From contig NC_043016.1 in NCBI RefSeq assembly GCF_006345805.1, positions 28,334,001 through 28,398,000 on the forward strand: DNA of 64,000 nt, written 5' to 3'. Shown here piece by piece: positions 1-13,002 of this stretch. The translations under genes were made by a program, and so were the position numbers. Each line of letters begins with the position of its first letter. Within the stretch, counting starts at the first letter, position 1. Source of the stretch: Octopus sinensis. Taxonomy: Eukaryota. Below the pieces are notes generated by a model. The model did no database searches. It had not been told where the DNA came from and saw only the letters and a program-made list of their open reading frames with translations.

Positions 1-1674
1 AGCCCTTGTTTCATATGTACTGAGTAATATAAAGCGTTTCTAAGTCCCAAGTTATTCTGCTGGTTGAAAAAAATTGAGAACATGTATCATATATGATGCA
101 TGGGTGCTAGGCACTAGCTTAGCCAGGGGGTGACTTTTAATGGGGTGCCAATTTGGGGTCTGCTGTAGGTAATACGTGTTTCTTGTGGAGTATGGAGGCA
201 GCACACGTTCTAGCTATGCTAGTGGTGCCAGGGAAATATGTCTTGTGATTCACATGTGATACACAATATATGCAAAATGTTAACCTTCTTGGAATGCCCA
301 GGCCAATTGATCGGCCCAAGTGATCAAGCTGAAAAGACTTTGAGGCCAATCCATTGACCCAATGAAACCAATGTTTTGAAGTGTAATAGCCAATCAGAGA
401 TTATCTCTCAGTAGATATAATATAAAACTATATAATATATATAGGCACTTTATCCTTTACATGTACCCATCAATTTCAATCTCAAACGCAAAAACATTTT
501 GGTCTTTTTGGCTACATATCAAAACACCCTGTGTCTCAAAATTAGTAATGAACCAACAGCTCATTTCCTGTTTTACTGTTGATGTTTCAGTAACACTGTG
601 GTTTGAACTAAAATGAAAAGCCTCAAAGCATATGCAGCATTTTGTTCAAGATATCAATGTGTGTGTGTGTTGTATGTAAAAAAGAATGCATATCAGAACT
701 ATGATTCAGTTAATCTGTTGATCAACTGTAAACATCAAGAAACCTAAACTCTTTGGTAATTGATTCAGTTTGATATTACAACCCACTTCACCATGAAATA
801 TTTTCTCAATTCATTGGCCTGTGTAGGTGACTAAAAGGTATATTGAATGAAACTGTGGTTAGTTTAGAAGTGTAATGCCTTTTCATGTGTTGTAAAACAA
901 ATAAAAAAACTCTATGTGTGAAAGAATATGATTTACTTTACAGATATCATTTGAAGTATTGAGGAGAGTTGGTTGCTCCTGTTTGGACATGAGTGCTGAG
1001 TGAATAAGTGTTGTGTTGAGAGTGATGTCTGCAGTAGATTGATTATAGCATGAAACAAGTGATGGATGTTGACTCTCACAGACAAGATTATGCAGCATCA
1101 AGTTGAGTGGTAATTTCCATGCCATGGAAAAATGGTCAATAAAATATGTATTAGAAAACAAATATATATATATATCTGCTATATAGTCCAAATACCATGT
1201 GAAATAAGCAGAAAGAATTAACCACATATATAGCCTTATAAAGAAAATATGCATATATTTATAGCAGTAACCTTCTAGGACATCGAGATGTTTCTGTGAT
1301 ACTTCACCAGCTGGTACAGATTCCTTTTTCTATTTATTTGTTTCACATGGACATTTGGATATTGCTCCAGTATTTTGTATTTGTTGAATACTTCTGATGA
1401 ATAAATTCCTTGATTAGATGAATTACAAAGTACCTTGTGAGGTTCATGTATTTCTCATTAATATGTATTTAACCCTTTCGTTACCAACCTGACTGAAACC
1501 CGGCTCTGGCTCTGTAATACAAATATTTTCTTTTCAAGAGTTCTGAATTTAAATCTTCCACCAAACCTTAGTCATAATTTATGTTCTTAACAGCTTAATG
1601 ATAACTAAGTTATTTTACTAAATTCTTTGTTATATTTACAATAATTGAAAGAAACACTGAGCATCTGAAAATAA

Positions 1675-2880
1675 ATCATCATCATTGTTTAACGTCCGCT
1701 TTCCATGCTAGCATGGGTTGGACGATTTGACTGAGGTCTGACGAACCAGATGGCTGCACCAGACTCCAATCTGATCTGGTAGAGTTTCTACAGTTGGATG
1801 CCCTTCCTAATGCCAACCACTCCGAGAGTGTAGTGGGTGCTTTTACGTACCATCGGCACGAGGGCCAGTCAGGCGGTACTGGCAGCGGCCACGCTCAAAT
1901 GGTGCTTTTTATGTGCTACCTGCACAGGAGTCAGTCCAGCGGCACTGGCAACAACCTCACTCTAGTGTTTTTTCATGTGCCACCAGCACAAGTGCCAGTA
2001 AGGCAACGCAGGTAACAATCACACTTGAATGGTGCTTTTTATGTGCCATCAGCACAGAGGCCAGCTTGTTGCTCTGGCAATGATCACACTCATATGGTAC
2101 TCTTAGCGCTCCACTTGCACGGATGTCAGTCATTGAATTTGATTTCATTTGCCTCAACAGGTCTTCACAAGCAGAGTTTAGTGTCCAATGAAGGAAAGGT
2201 ATGCGTAAGTGGGTTGGTTACACCCCTGGCCACAAGGTTATGGTCTTACTTGAGCTTGCCTAGTCTTCTCAAGCACAGCTTATTTCCAAAGGTCCCTGTC
2301 ACTAGTCATTGCCTCGGTGAGGCCCAGTGTTCAAAGGTCATGCTTCACTACCTCATCCCAGGTCTTCCTGGGTCTACCTCTTCCACAGATTCCCTCAACC
2401 GCTAGGTTGTGGCACTTTTTCACACAGCTATCCACATCCATTCTCATCACATGGCCATACCAGCGCAGTCCTCTCTCTTGCACACCACATCTGATGCTTC
2501 TTAAGTCCAACATTTCTCTCAAGGTACTAACACTCTGTTGAGTATGCACACTCACATTACACATCCATCGGAGCATAATGGCTTCATTCCTTGCTAGCTT
2601 ACGCATGTCCTCAGCAGTCACGGCCCATGTTTCACTGCCATGTAGCATGGCTGTTCGTACACATGCGTCATACAGTCTACTTTTTACACTGAGCGAGAGA
2701 CCCTTTGTCACCAGCAGAGGTAGGAGCTCTCTGAACTTTACCCAGGTTATTCTTATTCTAGCAGCTACACTTTTAGCACATCCTCCCCTGCTAATAACTT
2801 GGTCACGTAGGTAACGGAAGCTATCAACAACTTCTAATTTTTCTCCCTGGAATGTGGCGGAAGTTGTTCTCTGCACATTT
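1675..2880 (-). mobile_element. 5'-truncated RTE-clade LINE (RT C-terminus, 3'UTR with four ~65-bp repeats, (GAT)n tail)
   Basis: ORF 2331-2876: [38 protein letters not shown], typical RTE; family tail ccatgctagcatgg/aacg(atg)n. Confidence 0.88.
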
Positions 2881-4193
2881 TCAGTGTTTATTGCTCCTGA
2901 GCATCTGCCACATACAAAAACTATCTTCCCATTTAGCCTTCCTTTGATATTGCTGCACCTCTTATGTGTCCATAGCTTACACTGTGTATGGTAATGAAAG
3001 GGTTAAGAGATCTATATGTGCAAGAACTTAAACGATTTGGTTATGTTGCTTTATTATTGTGAGTATTCTCAGGTGATGCACTGTATATAATTAGGTATGT
3101 TTTATTTCAGTATTCTGTACAACATTGTTTTAATGTACTTCTTGCATTCTGAGAAGAAATATATAATTTCCATTTGAAATATTTATTAATTTACTATATT
3201 TAATCAAATATAAATTATATAATTAAATAACTTTTGTTTAAATTTACGATGTGTTTTTTAATATACTTAGATAGTCTGTAAAATATAGTCAACATGTAAT
3301 TTTATTAAACTTTTATTTAGACCTTATCATTTTAGTTCATTGATTGTTCTTAATTTAAATTAAAATTCACGCAATTTATATCATTAAGTTCACTCTACTT
3401 CATGAAATAACTTATATCTTGATCATTAAAAGACCAAAAATTTTAATAAAAAAATGAATGCCTGAATTTGCTAATCTAGCAAACTCATAACAGTATGGAG
3501 AATTCAAAATAAAATCTGAATTAATAATTTTTTTTACAATTCTGTTGCAATGAGTTGCAAGGTTAATCTATTTCTGTCTACCATTTTTAATATGTTGCTC
3601 CAAGTTTACACTGTAGACAGACAAGTTAGGTGTGGGAATTCTTATATTATTTTAGTTGTTCATACAGGTGTACTTGTCTCACAAACATTACCTTTGGTTT
3701 CTACTGTTTCTTTCAAATATATTGTCCTATTTTGTATAGTGAGTGTTATTTCTGTTTATTGAATTCACAACTGGTTTACTGAATCAATAAACCATTAAAC
3801 AGTGGAGTCTATATTGTTCCAGTAACTGGAACAGTCATAGTACCACTTGTGTAATTTCTTTGATTTTCATGGTATTGGCAAGCTTTATTCTTATGTGGTT
3901 TAAAGTTCATTATCATCATCATTTAATGTCCATTTTCCATACTGATTAGGAGCTGACCAGCTGAAGGGCTGTTCAGGCTCCATGTCTGTTTTGGTATGGT
4001 TTCTACAGCTGTATGCTGTTCCTAACACCAACCACTTTACAGAGTGTACTGGGTGCTTATATGCAGTGCCAGCACCTACAAACCCTCAAGGTTAGGGATG
4101 CTCAGCTGGTGAGGGTTGTAGGGAACGAGCCTGTGTGCAAGGGCAACCACACTTTTACTTAATTTGACATGTCTTTTCAAGCACAGCAAACCT

Positions 4194-4425
4194 ATTTCTT
4201 TACTACCCACAAGGGGCTAAACACAGAGGGGACAAACAAGGACAGACAAACAGATTAAGTTAATTACATTGACTCCAGTGCATAACTGGTATTTAATTTA
4301 TCGCCCCCCAAAAGGATGAAAAGCAAAGTTGACCTCGGCGGAATTTGAGCTCAGAACGTAATGGCAGACGAAATACAGCTATGCATTTTGCCCGGTGTGC
4401 TAACGTTTCTGCCAGCTCGCCGCCA
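4194..4425 (-). mobile_element. tRNA-derived SINE with Nin/Deu-like domain, nested in an RTE remnant
   Basis: 15-bp TSD aagcacagcaaacct at 4179-4193 and 4426-4440; on minus, head ggcggcgagctggcagaa and central gtcaactttgcttttcatcc. Confidence 0.8.
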
Positions 4426-4869
4426 AAGCACAGCAAACCTCCAGGAGTCTTGGTCCCCTGTCAACGCCTCTGTGAGTCCCAACATCTGTAGATCCTTTCT
4501 CACTACTTCATCCCACGTCTTCTTGGGTCTACCCCTTCCACATATTCTCTCTACAATTAGAGATCACCACCTCTCAAGGCAACTGTCTTCATTTACACAT
4601 ATTACATGGCCCTACCAGCACAGTCTTCTCTCTCGCAGACTACATCTAATTTTGTTTTTGTTTGTTATTGTTTTCCCAATTCACCTTGTATTATACTTCA
4701 TTGAGCAAACAGATTGTTCCATTTTGTTTTCAAGCATTAATTTCTAAACTATTTTAATGATTTCTCTTTTTATCTTTATATCTTTCCTTCATCATAGCCT
4801 CTAAATAAGAAATTTCTTCCCCCTTGCACCATCAGGGCTAATGAATGGGGACTGCCTTGACAAGTGCTT

Positions 4870-6700
4870 GTCACTGTGATTATTTTAAGTTAGTTCTCAG
4901 TACAGTTTGGTTGCCTGTCCACTGTTTTGATATCAGCCTACTCAGAGGACAATCTCTCACACATGACACTTGCCTAAAATGGTTCAAACATGATGGTTCC
5001 CGTGAGACTATCATCAAATGGTTAGCAGTAATATAGCTGAAGTATGTTAGTTTTCACTTGGGCACAATATTTACATGGCTAGGAGGATTGCTGGCCTTCA
5101 TGAAATGCATAGCTTATGGCATCAGTACCACAACTTCAAGCTCCCAACTTTGCATCATTGTTCAGTGTTTAGCAGTTATGTCTCACCACTATATAGAGCC
5201 ACCAAGATGAACAGTGACTTTACTACTTGCATCTTTGTCTTGAGGGACACACTTTGATGTTTTATACTCTCATCAGGTTTCTCATTACTGGCCTGTACCC
5301 AATTTGTGGTAGATATCTTTGCCTACTTGTACAGCAACTGCTACAGCAGCACTTAGGTAATATGAAGTTTTCTACCATCTCCATCACCAGGTCATTAGTC
5401 CAAATTACTGGGTGCTAATCAGATTCTTCAACTATTGAGTCATGTTGATGTTCTGGTATAGAATGAATTGTTACTTCATACGTATGTTTTGTCAAAGTAA
5501 CAAATCTTTGCACTCTTCATGGCTGGTTGGAAATAATGTGGTGTCCTTATCATATTGCAAACTGCCATCATCCCCATCCAAGTCCATTTGCATCAGCAAT
5601 TCCCCAAACTGGTAATAGGATGTAGCTCTGTTGAATCAGTCACAGCTATTGCTTTTTGAATAGACTTGAGCATGTGGCATATGATTAAAATCAACCAAAT
5701 GGCTAGAAAGACTCATATCATGCACAGTATTTCATAGCTTGACATGATCAATGTTGTTATTTAGTAATCAGTGAAGTACAGGTACATCAACAGCTATTTA
5801 TTGTACATTTTCTCCAGGATCTAGATGATGGGTATCATCTCATTATATGTTAACTTTACTACAAAAACTGGTTTGTTCTTCGTGAATGTCTTAATTATGC
5901 CTGTAGTTTGACTTGTTAAATGATGGAGAGCAGGATCTTGCTGGCAGGGCAAATGAAGATTGCTTGAGTGTTCTTACAACTCTGACCATCATTTTTCTTC
6001 AGAATAGTGTTCAACACTGATCACTTCTAATCAAATGTTCCAAATCAAATTATAAAGATATTGGCAGAAGAGCTTGCCTTCTTCACTAGTGGCTTGTAAC
6101 ATTTCATTTGGTGTGTTCTCTGACCTTGGTGTCTTGTCAAATTTGAGAACAATATTTCTCAAAAATGTATAGATGTAACTATCTTCCCTACCAACCCTTT
6201 TGTTGTTACAATACCTGTATAAAATCTTTCGCTTCCTACTTTTTCCCCAACTCCAGAAACTCTAAACTGTCCATTTTGAGAAGCACTATCTTTTGAGCCT
6301 TCAAGGCCTCTTTCATTTCTGATCATGATTATGGCTCATGATAGTTTGGTGGAGATAAACAGGTTGGTGATACAGTGGTCTTCCTTATACAGTTTCTGGC
6401 AATATTTCAAAAAATTTTGGATTTCAGAAGTTTTCGTCAGCATTTGCTTGTCTTGGTTGTAGAAGTAAACTGAGCTGAAATGTGAATTTCTTAACCAACC
6501 GTTTCAAAGTTAGGTACAAGTCTTTTTCTAGGTGGTGACATGTCTCTATGCTGTACCTCTTCTTCTACACCTCTTCCTTCAGCTGCTATTATTGTTCATG
6601 TTCTGTATTAATGTGACAGCCCCTGGTTGTGTGTCACTCATCTGTTGTCTACCATTTGCAGAGATTAACCAGAGATGTTTTGGTACAGCTTTGCAGTGAT
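4870..6700 (-). mobile_element. Heavily degraded RTE/BovB-like LINE
   Basis: Minus translation around 5280-5100 gives SVSLKTKMQVVKSLFILVALYSGET*, like BovB TKVRLVKAMVFPVVMYGCESW; many stops; boundaries approximate. Confidence 0.55.
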
Positions 6701-6849
6701 ATGTGGACAGTTTGGAGGGTGGCATATTAATTCAACTTTTTTTTTACTTATATTATAGTGCAATAGATTCCAGTTACTTTATAAACTAATTATACTTTTC
6801 TCTTGGACATTTATTTTTAATTGATTTATTTTTCTTTATTTATATTTAG

Positions 6850-6942
6850 ATTCTCTATATACAAGCTTTTGTTTTTGTCGTCCTGATGGGGAAACTCATG
6901 AGGAAAATATTCTTTGGTCAGCTAAGAGCAGCAGAAATGGAG
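6850..6942 (+). CDS. SYVN1: SYVN1 exon ([31 protein letters not shown])
   Basis: tttag|ATT...GAG|gtttgt; 93 nt, phase 0/0. Confidence 0.95.
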
Positions 6943-9900
6943 GTTTGTATGTTTTAAAATATCAACATAACTGTTTGTTCGGAATTTATGTATAGGTCAA
7001 AGACTGTTTTAATAGATTATATATATATATATATATAAATATAATATAATAGCTAGTCTTCTGTAATTTGATTTCAGATTTATTTCTTTGACCTGCTTGG
7101 ATAAATTATAATTAAGCAGTGTCATTGTAATTAACCTTAGCCAGTTCATTTAGGAATCGTCTTTGTTCTTTAGAAATCTATCTTGATTTTGTTGCTCAGA
7201 TAAACAAAATTCAACAGAAATAGGACATTTGGATATTATGTAATTATATATGATCATATCATATATTACAAAAAAAGAAACTTAAGAATGTGTATGTATG
7301 TGTGTGTGTTTATGTTTATGCTTACACCCTCTAAAAACTAGTATTATTTATGTTTTGTAGACCTGTAATTTCGCAGTTTGACAAATAGAAATTGGTAAAA
7401 CGAGCACTAAAGTTGATATAAACTATCCTAGTCCAATGACTAAAACCTGTTGATGAATAAAAGTGTATACAAAAGACGGGCTATTATATATTATCTTAAA
7501 TTACTCAATCTAATTGTATTATAGCTAATGCTTTTTAGGAGTTCTTTGTGACTTAAGTTTATAATACAAACCTTGTATGTTCATGTTATTTAGCAGTGAA
7601 TGGGGTATATTGTGATCTATTGCATTACTGAAACAAAGGCTTTTAAAGCTTCAACTTTCTACTGACATCTTTTCATTAATTTCAATTTCATTTATTTTGT
7701 AGCATCTTATAGAAAGGTCTTGGTATGCTGTTACTGAGACTTGCTTGGCTTTTACAGTCTTTCGAGATGACTTCAATCCACGATTTGTGGCCATGTTCAC
7801 ATTATTGTTATTTTTGAAATGTTTTCACTGGCTTGCTGAAGATAGAGTAGACTATGTAAGTTTGTTTTAAAAGTTTTTTTTTTTCACTTCTTCCTCTTGA
7901 ATTACTTATTTAGTTTGGTTTTCTATTTTTTAAAATGTTCCCTCTAAAGATTGATAACATACCATTTCATTCTTTTGTCCAAAATTGAAACCACCTGTAA
8001 GGGTTTTTTTTTTTTTTGTCAGAATTATTTGTGTATTGATTGTTTATTCTGTTTTTTGATTGGAAGTTTTATGAAAAGATTCTACATATGGAAATTGGTG
8101 AAAAAATTAATTTTTATTTTTCAGATGGAACGAAGTCCCATGATAACAATTCGATTCCATATTAGGGTCATGTGTAAGTGTTAAGATTTACATTTTTAAA
8201 AATAAAGGAATGGCAAATGTGGTAGTTTTATTTCCCCTTTCTCTCTCTCCCTCTTTCCCTCTTTTTCCCATCCTTCCCCCTTCCCCCTCCTTCCCTATCT
8301 CTCCTACCCTCTCTCTCCCTCCTCTCTCATTTCTGAGTTCCATCCCACCCATGCCAGCATGGAAGGCAGATGTTAAAACGATGATGATGATGAAATCTGA
8401 TGTGATAATTTTCTTTTAAATTAATTAAATAAGTACTAGTAATATATTTGTATCAGTTCACTCGGATATATATGTTGAACATCTACTGCAAGGAATCGTT
8501 ATTAACTGGAACCTAAAACTGTGTTGTTGACCAAAACAATAGAATAGTGTGCTAAATTTGTAGTCTCATTCTTCTATGATGAATGTATTCACATTTTACC
8601 AATAACACGTTTATCATTCTGGGGATTGATAAACTTACTGGTAAAATAGTAGTGTCAATTCAATCAGAAATTTGCTAATATGTTGCCATTGTGTCTATTT
8701 GAGATACATCATTATTTTGATAAAAATCAGCTTCATGATCTTTATATTTGCTTGTAAGGGTAGATACCATTCCAAGAATTTCAGTGTTTAGGCTGAAATT
8801 ACATAAGGAAGGAATATAGCTTTTGGGCAATACACTTTATCTCACCTAATTTAATCTCCCCACCCAATCGACTTTTGGGTACCTTTAGTTGAGCCCTCTC
8901 TTTTGCAAGCAAGTAGGTTATGTCTTCTTCCCACCATTCACAGAAGCCCTTAAAAGGGTCATGGGTGTTACACTACCTACTCTGATTTTACCAACAAAAA
9001 CAAAAATATTTTTTGTTTAATCAACTTGATACCATTGGGTCTCTTGGAAGAATATTCTAAAGTAGTGAATGGGATGTTGCACAGTAACAAAGCATTTGTT
9101 ACTTATACACTTACCTTGTTTTTTACCACAGAGAACGCCATTTATTCATTGTAATTTGGTGATCTGAGCTGTTAACATTTAGTGTCTGAGTTATAACCAA
9201 GACAATGCTGGGAGGATAGGATTTGAAAATTTTGCCTCTTGTCCGTTGATCCTAGATTTAGAAATTATATACATGATGTAGTTTTGATTGTCCATAAAAT
9301 CTAATGGACATTCTACCACATCATTGATATATGTATGCACTATTATCAGTTGATTCTTATTTATACTTCAAAATTAGAGTGAAATGTTTCAATAAAAAGT
9401 TTGTTAGGTAAAAAGTCAAATTAGATAAGTTTTGGGAGTAATTCATTATTTTCATACTATTACTGTGAATTAATAATGAGTGATATGTATAGCTAATTTG
9501 ACCATATCCAACAGGATAATGTTTTGCTTGGTGGGTTTATGGGAGCAGTAACCTGAGCATTACGTTTTGGACTCATATCTTCTACCTTTTACTTACTAGC
9601 AACTTTAATTTGAAAGTTATATAAACTGTTTAAATGCATTTTAAATCTTCATAATTATTTTTTACTTAAGAATATTTTATATAGTAATTGAATAATTTTC
9701 TTTTTAATTATTTTTTCAGCTCTAATCATAGCACTTGCCAGCGTTGATCTTCATTTCATAAATCATGCTTATTATAGCACTTTGTTGCGAGGAGCTTCTG
9801 TTCAGTTAGTTTTCGGATTTGAGGTAAATATATAATTATTGTTTCATTCTCTTGGGGTTTCTTTTACTGTTTGTTTTATTTCAGTTTCAGATACTTTAAA

Positions 9901-12900
9901 TTAAAAACTTTACAAGTTATTGTTCAAATGAAGCATTTAGTGTTTAAGCCTATCAGATCTTGTGGTATGCTGTTCTTGATAGCAGGAAAACTCTTGAGAT
10001 TTTTTCCTGTTTCATCACCTCCATTTTATATGAATACTTTAACATATCTGACATGAAACCTTAGACAAAACACACCACTCTATATATGTATCTAACACCA
10101 TTACTATTATGCTAACTAAACTGTTAAACTTTAGATAAGACACATCACTTTATATAATACATTAACATATCACACTATTAGTACTACAACAACTAAAATG
10201 TTAAACCTTAAACATGACACACAGCTCTATATAAATACTCATCTAATACCATCAATATTTTGATAACTGAAGTGTTAAACCTTAAACTAGACACACCACT
10301 TTACATAAACACATCGCCAAAGTTGACTTTGCCTTTCATTTTTCTGGCGTAGATAAAATAATTACCAGTCGAATGCTGAAGTCAATGTAATTGACTTACC
10401 ACCTCCCCTAAAATTGCTGACCCTGTGCCAAAATTCGAAACCAATATTATGATTTCTAAAGTATTAAAAACCTTAGACTAGTTACACCACTCTACATAAA
10501 AACATCAGTGTATCTCACACTGGTATGAAAATATTAACATCTCTAACACTAATAAATATTATGAATGCTAATACTTTTTGGCTAATTTTCTTATGTAACC
10601 CTGATATTTCTCTTATTTTTCAGTATGCCATTTTGTTAACAGTTGTACTGATGACATTAACAAAATATATTCTTCATGCTTTTGATCTTCAAAGTGAAAA
10701 TCCTTGGGAAAATAAGGCAGTCTATCTTCTTTATACAGAATTGATCATGGGTAACATCCGTTTTTACTTATGATTTGATAATTCTAAAATGAATCTTGTT
10801 TGTTGTTGCATTGAATTTTTGATTTGATTAGTAAACTTCTTCATAATCTTTGGATGTTGATTTAATACATATGAACTGAGACATATAGAGGGAAACAAAG
10901 AAGAGGAATGAATAATGGAGTTAGCAGCCGGATGGGGGAGGGGTACTGTGTGAGTGGAAATTGTTAGTAATTATGATACACCATCATCACTGCTTGACTT
11001 ATGTTCATGCTAGTTGGATGATTAATGGGATCCAACAAACTAGAGAACTGAATTGAGCGTCAATGCCTGCTTTGTCATGGTTAATTACCACTCATTTTAC
11101 AGTGTGTACTGGGTGCTTTTTTTTTCAAGACACTGGCATAGTAGGATCACCAAGTAACTGGCAAGCCAAAAGAAAGACTTTCAGCAAGTGGGGTTGTAAT
11201 AAGGAGGGAGGTGGCTTTATGCGAAATATTGAAAAGGTTAAAGCATGACAGAGGGACAGGCATAGGTGTCTTGCTATAGAGGAGATACATGGCTATCCAG
11301 TATTATACAAGGGTGGGTGAGAGTAGCTGAGAAGAAAACAAAGATGGTGATGACAATTGTGATGCATTATTAATATAAACAAAATGGTCAAGGAGTGAAC
11401 TTAGCTTAGAGAGAAAGGAGAATTATTTCTGTCTCTGTCTGTCTCTCTCTCTCTCTCTCTCATCTTATCAGTGTATCTGTTGCACTTGAGAGTTTATGAA
11501 TTGGTGGTGGGGAGAGTCAAGCTGATCTATCAGCTAATTTGTCTCTTCACCAATGTCAATGGATATTGGCCTGTTACAAATTTACTTGCCACCTCTCTAC
11601 TAACCCACAAGCCATACCTCTTATGTTTCTCTCAAGCAACTCTCCCACACTCTATCTCTCACCCATTTCAACTGTCCAGGCTACATTCAGTATTCAGATT
11701 TCACTCAGGAAGATAGATACTAAATGGGTTCTTGCATGGTTTTGGGGTTGATAATTTTGTTTTGCAACTGTGTAGTTCTAGCTTTGATTTTAATACACAT
11801 CTTAGCTAAATGTTTTCTGCTGAAGCCTTGCTTATAAAGGGAAACTGTATAGAAGCTCATTCATCATCATCATCATCATTTAACGTCCGTTTTCCATGCT
11901 AGCATGAGTTGGACGGTTCAACTGGGGTCTGGGAAGCCAGAAGGCTGCGCCAGGCTCAGTCTGATCTGGCAGTGTTTCTACGGCTGGATGCCCTTCCTAA
12001 CGCCAACCACTCCGTGAGTGTAGTGGGTGCTTTTTACGTGCCACCTGCACAGGTGCCAGACGAGGCTGGCAAACAACCACGATCGGATGTTCATTATCTT
12101 ATATTCGTTTTCTTAAGCTAGTGGATTGATTGAATGCATATTATTGAGGTGTTTTACAGATGGATGCCGTTCCTGTTGTTAACTCTTGTTATTCAAGCAA
12201 ATGATATTTTAATTCAGTAGTAGGTGCAGGTGTGGTTGTGTAATAACAAGTTTGCTTCCCAACCACATGGTTTGGGGATTCAGTCCCATTGCATGACACA
12301 TTGGACAAGTGTCATTTACTATAGCCTTGGGTCAACCAAAGCCTTGTGATTGGATTTGGTGCACAAAAAACTGAGAGAAGCCTGTCGTGTGTGTTATTGT
12401 TTCCTTGTCTTAACTTCACATGGTAATTATAAATGAGTATCATTGTCATGCAAGCAGTGTCCTTCATTTTCAATCTTTCATGAAAACATGTCTGGTCATG
12501 GAGAGAAATATTACCTTACTTGGTGACAGGAAGAGCATCTGGTTGTAGAAAAATCTGCCTAAAAAAATTCTGTTCAGACTATGCAAATATGGCAAAGTAA
12601 ACATTAGTGAGGATGTTAATGATGAGTAGGAGTACCTGTATAGATCATGGGCATTGCATCCCCCCCTCCTCTTAATGACTTAAAAACAAATCAATTAAAA
12701 CTGACTTGTTATTTTTAACCTCCCTATTTTGATTTGTAATTTTTAATTTTTTCCTTATATTTCAGGATTGATCAAAGTACTTTTATATGTATTATTTATG
12801 GTCATTGTAATTAAAGTCCACACATTCCCACTTTTTACAATACGGCCAATGTACCTTTCTGTGAGGTAAATATTGCTTCTTCTTTATATATTATCATTGG

Positions 12901-12956
<56 letters not shown>

Positions 12957-12968
12957 CCATCATCATTT

Positions 12969-13002
<34 letters not shown>

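Noticed and set aside
1-6849. First coding exon of SYVN1 (expected ..QFYPSVVY.TKS..MA)
   Set aside because: No matching frame found by eye; presumably upstream of the window
8570-9600. Intronic hairpins or box-C-like TGATGA as snoRNA/miRNA candidates
   Set aside because: No paired C/D boxes with a terminal stem and no clean pre-miRNA stem
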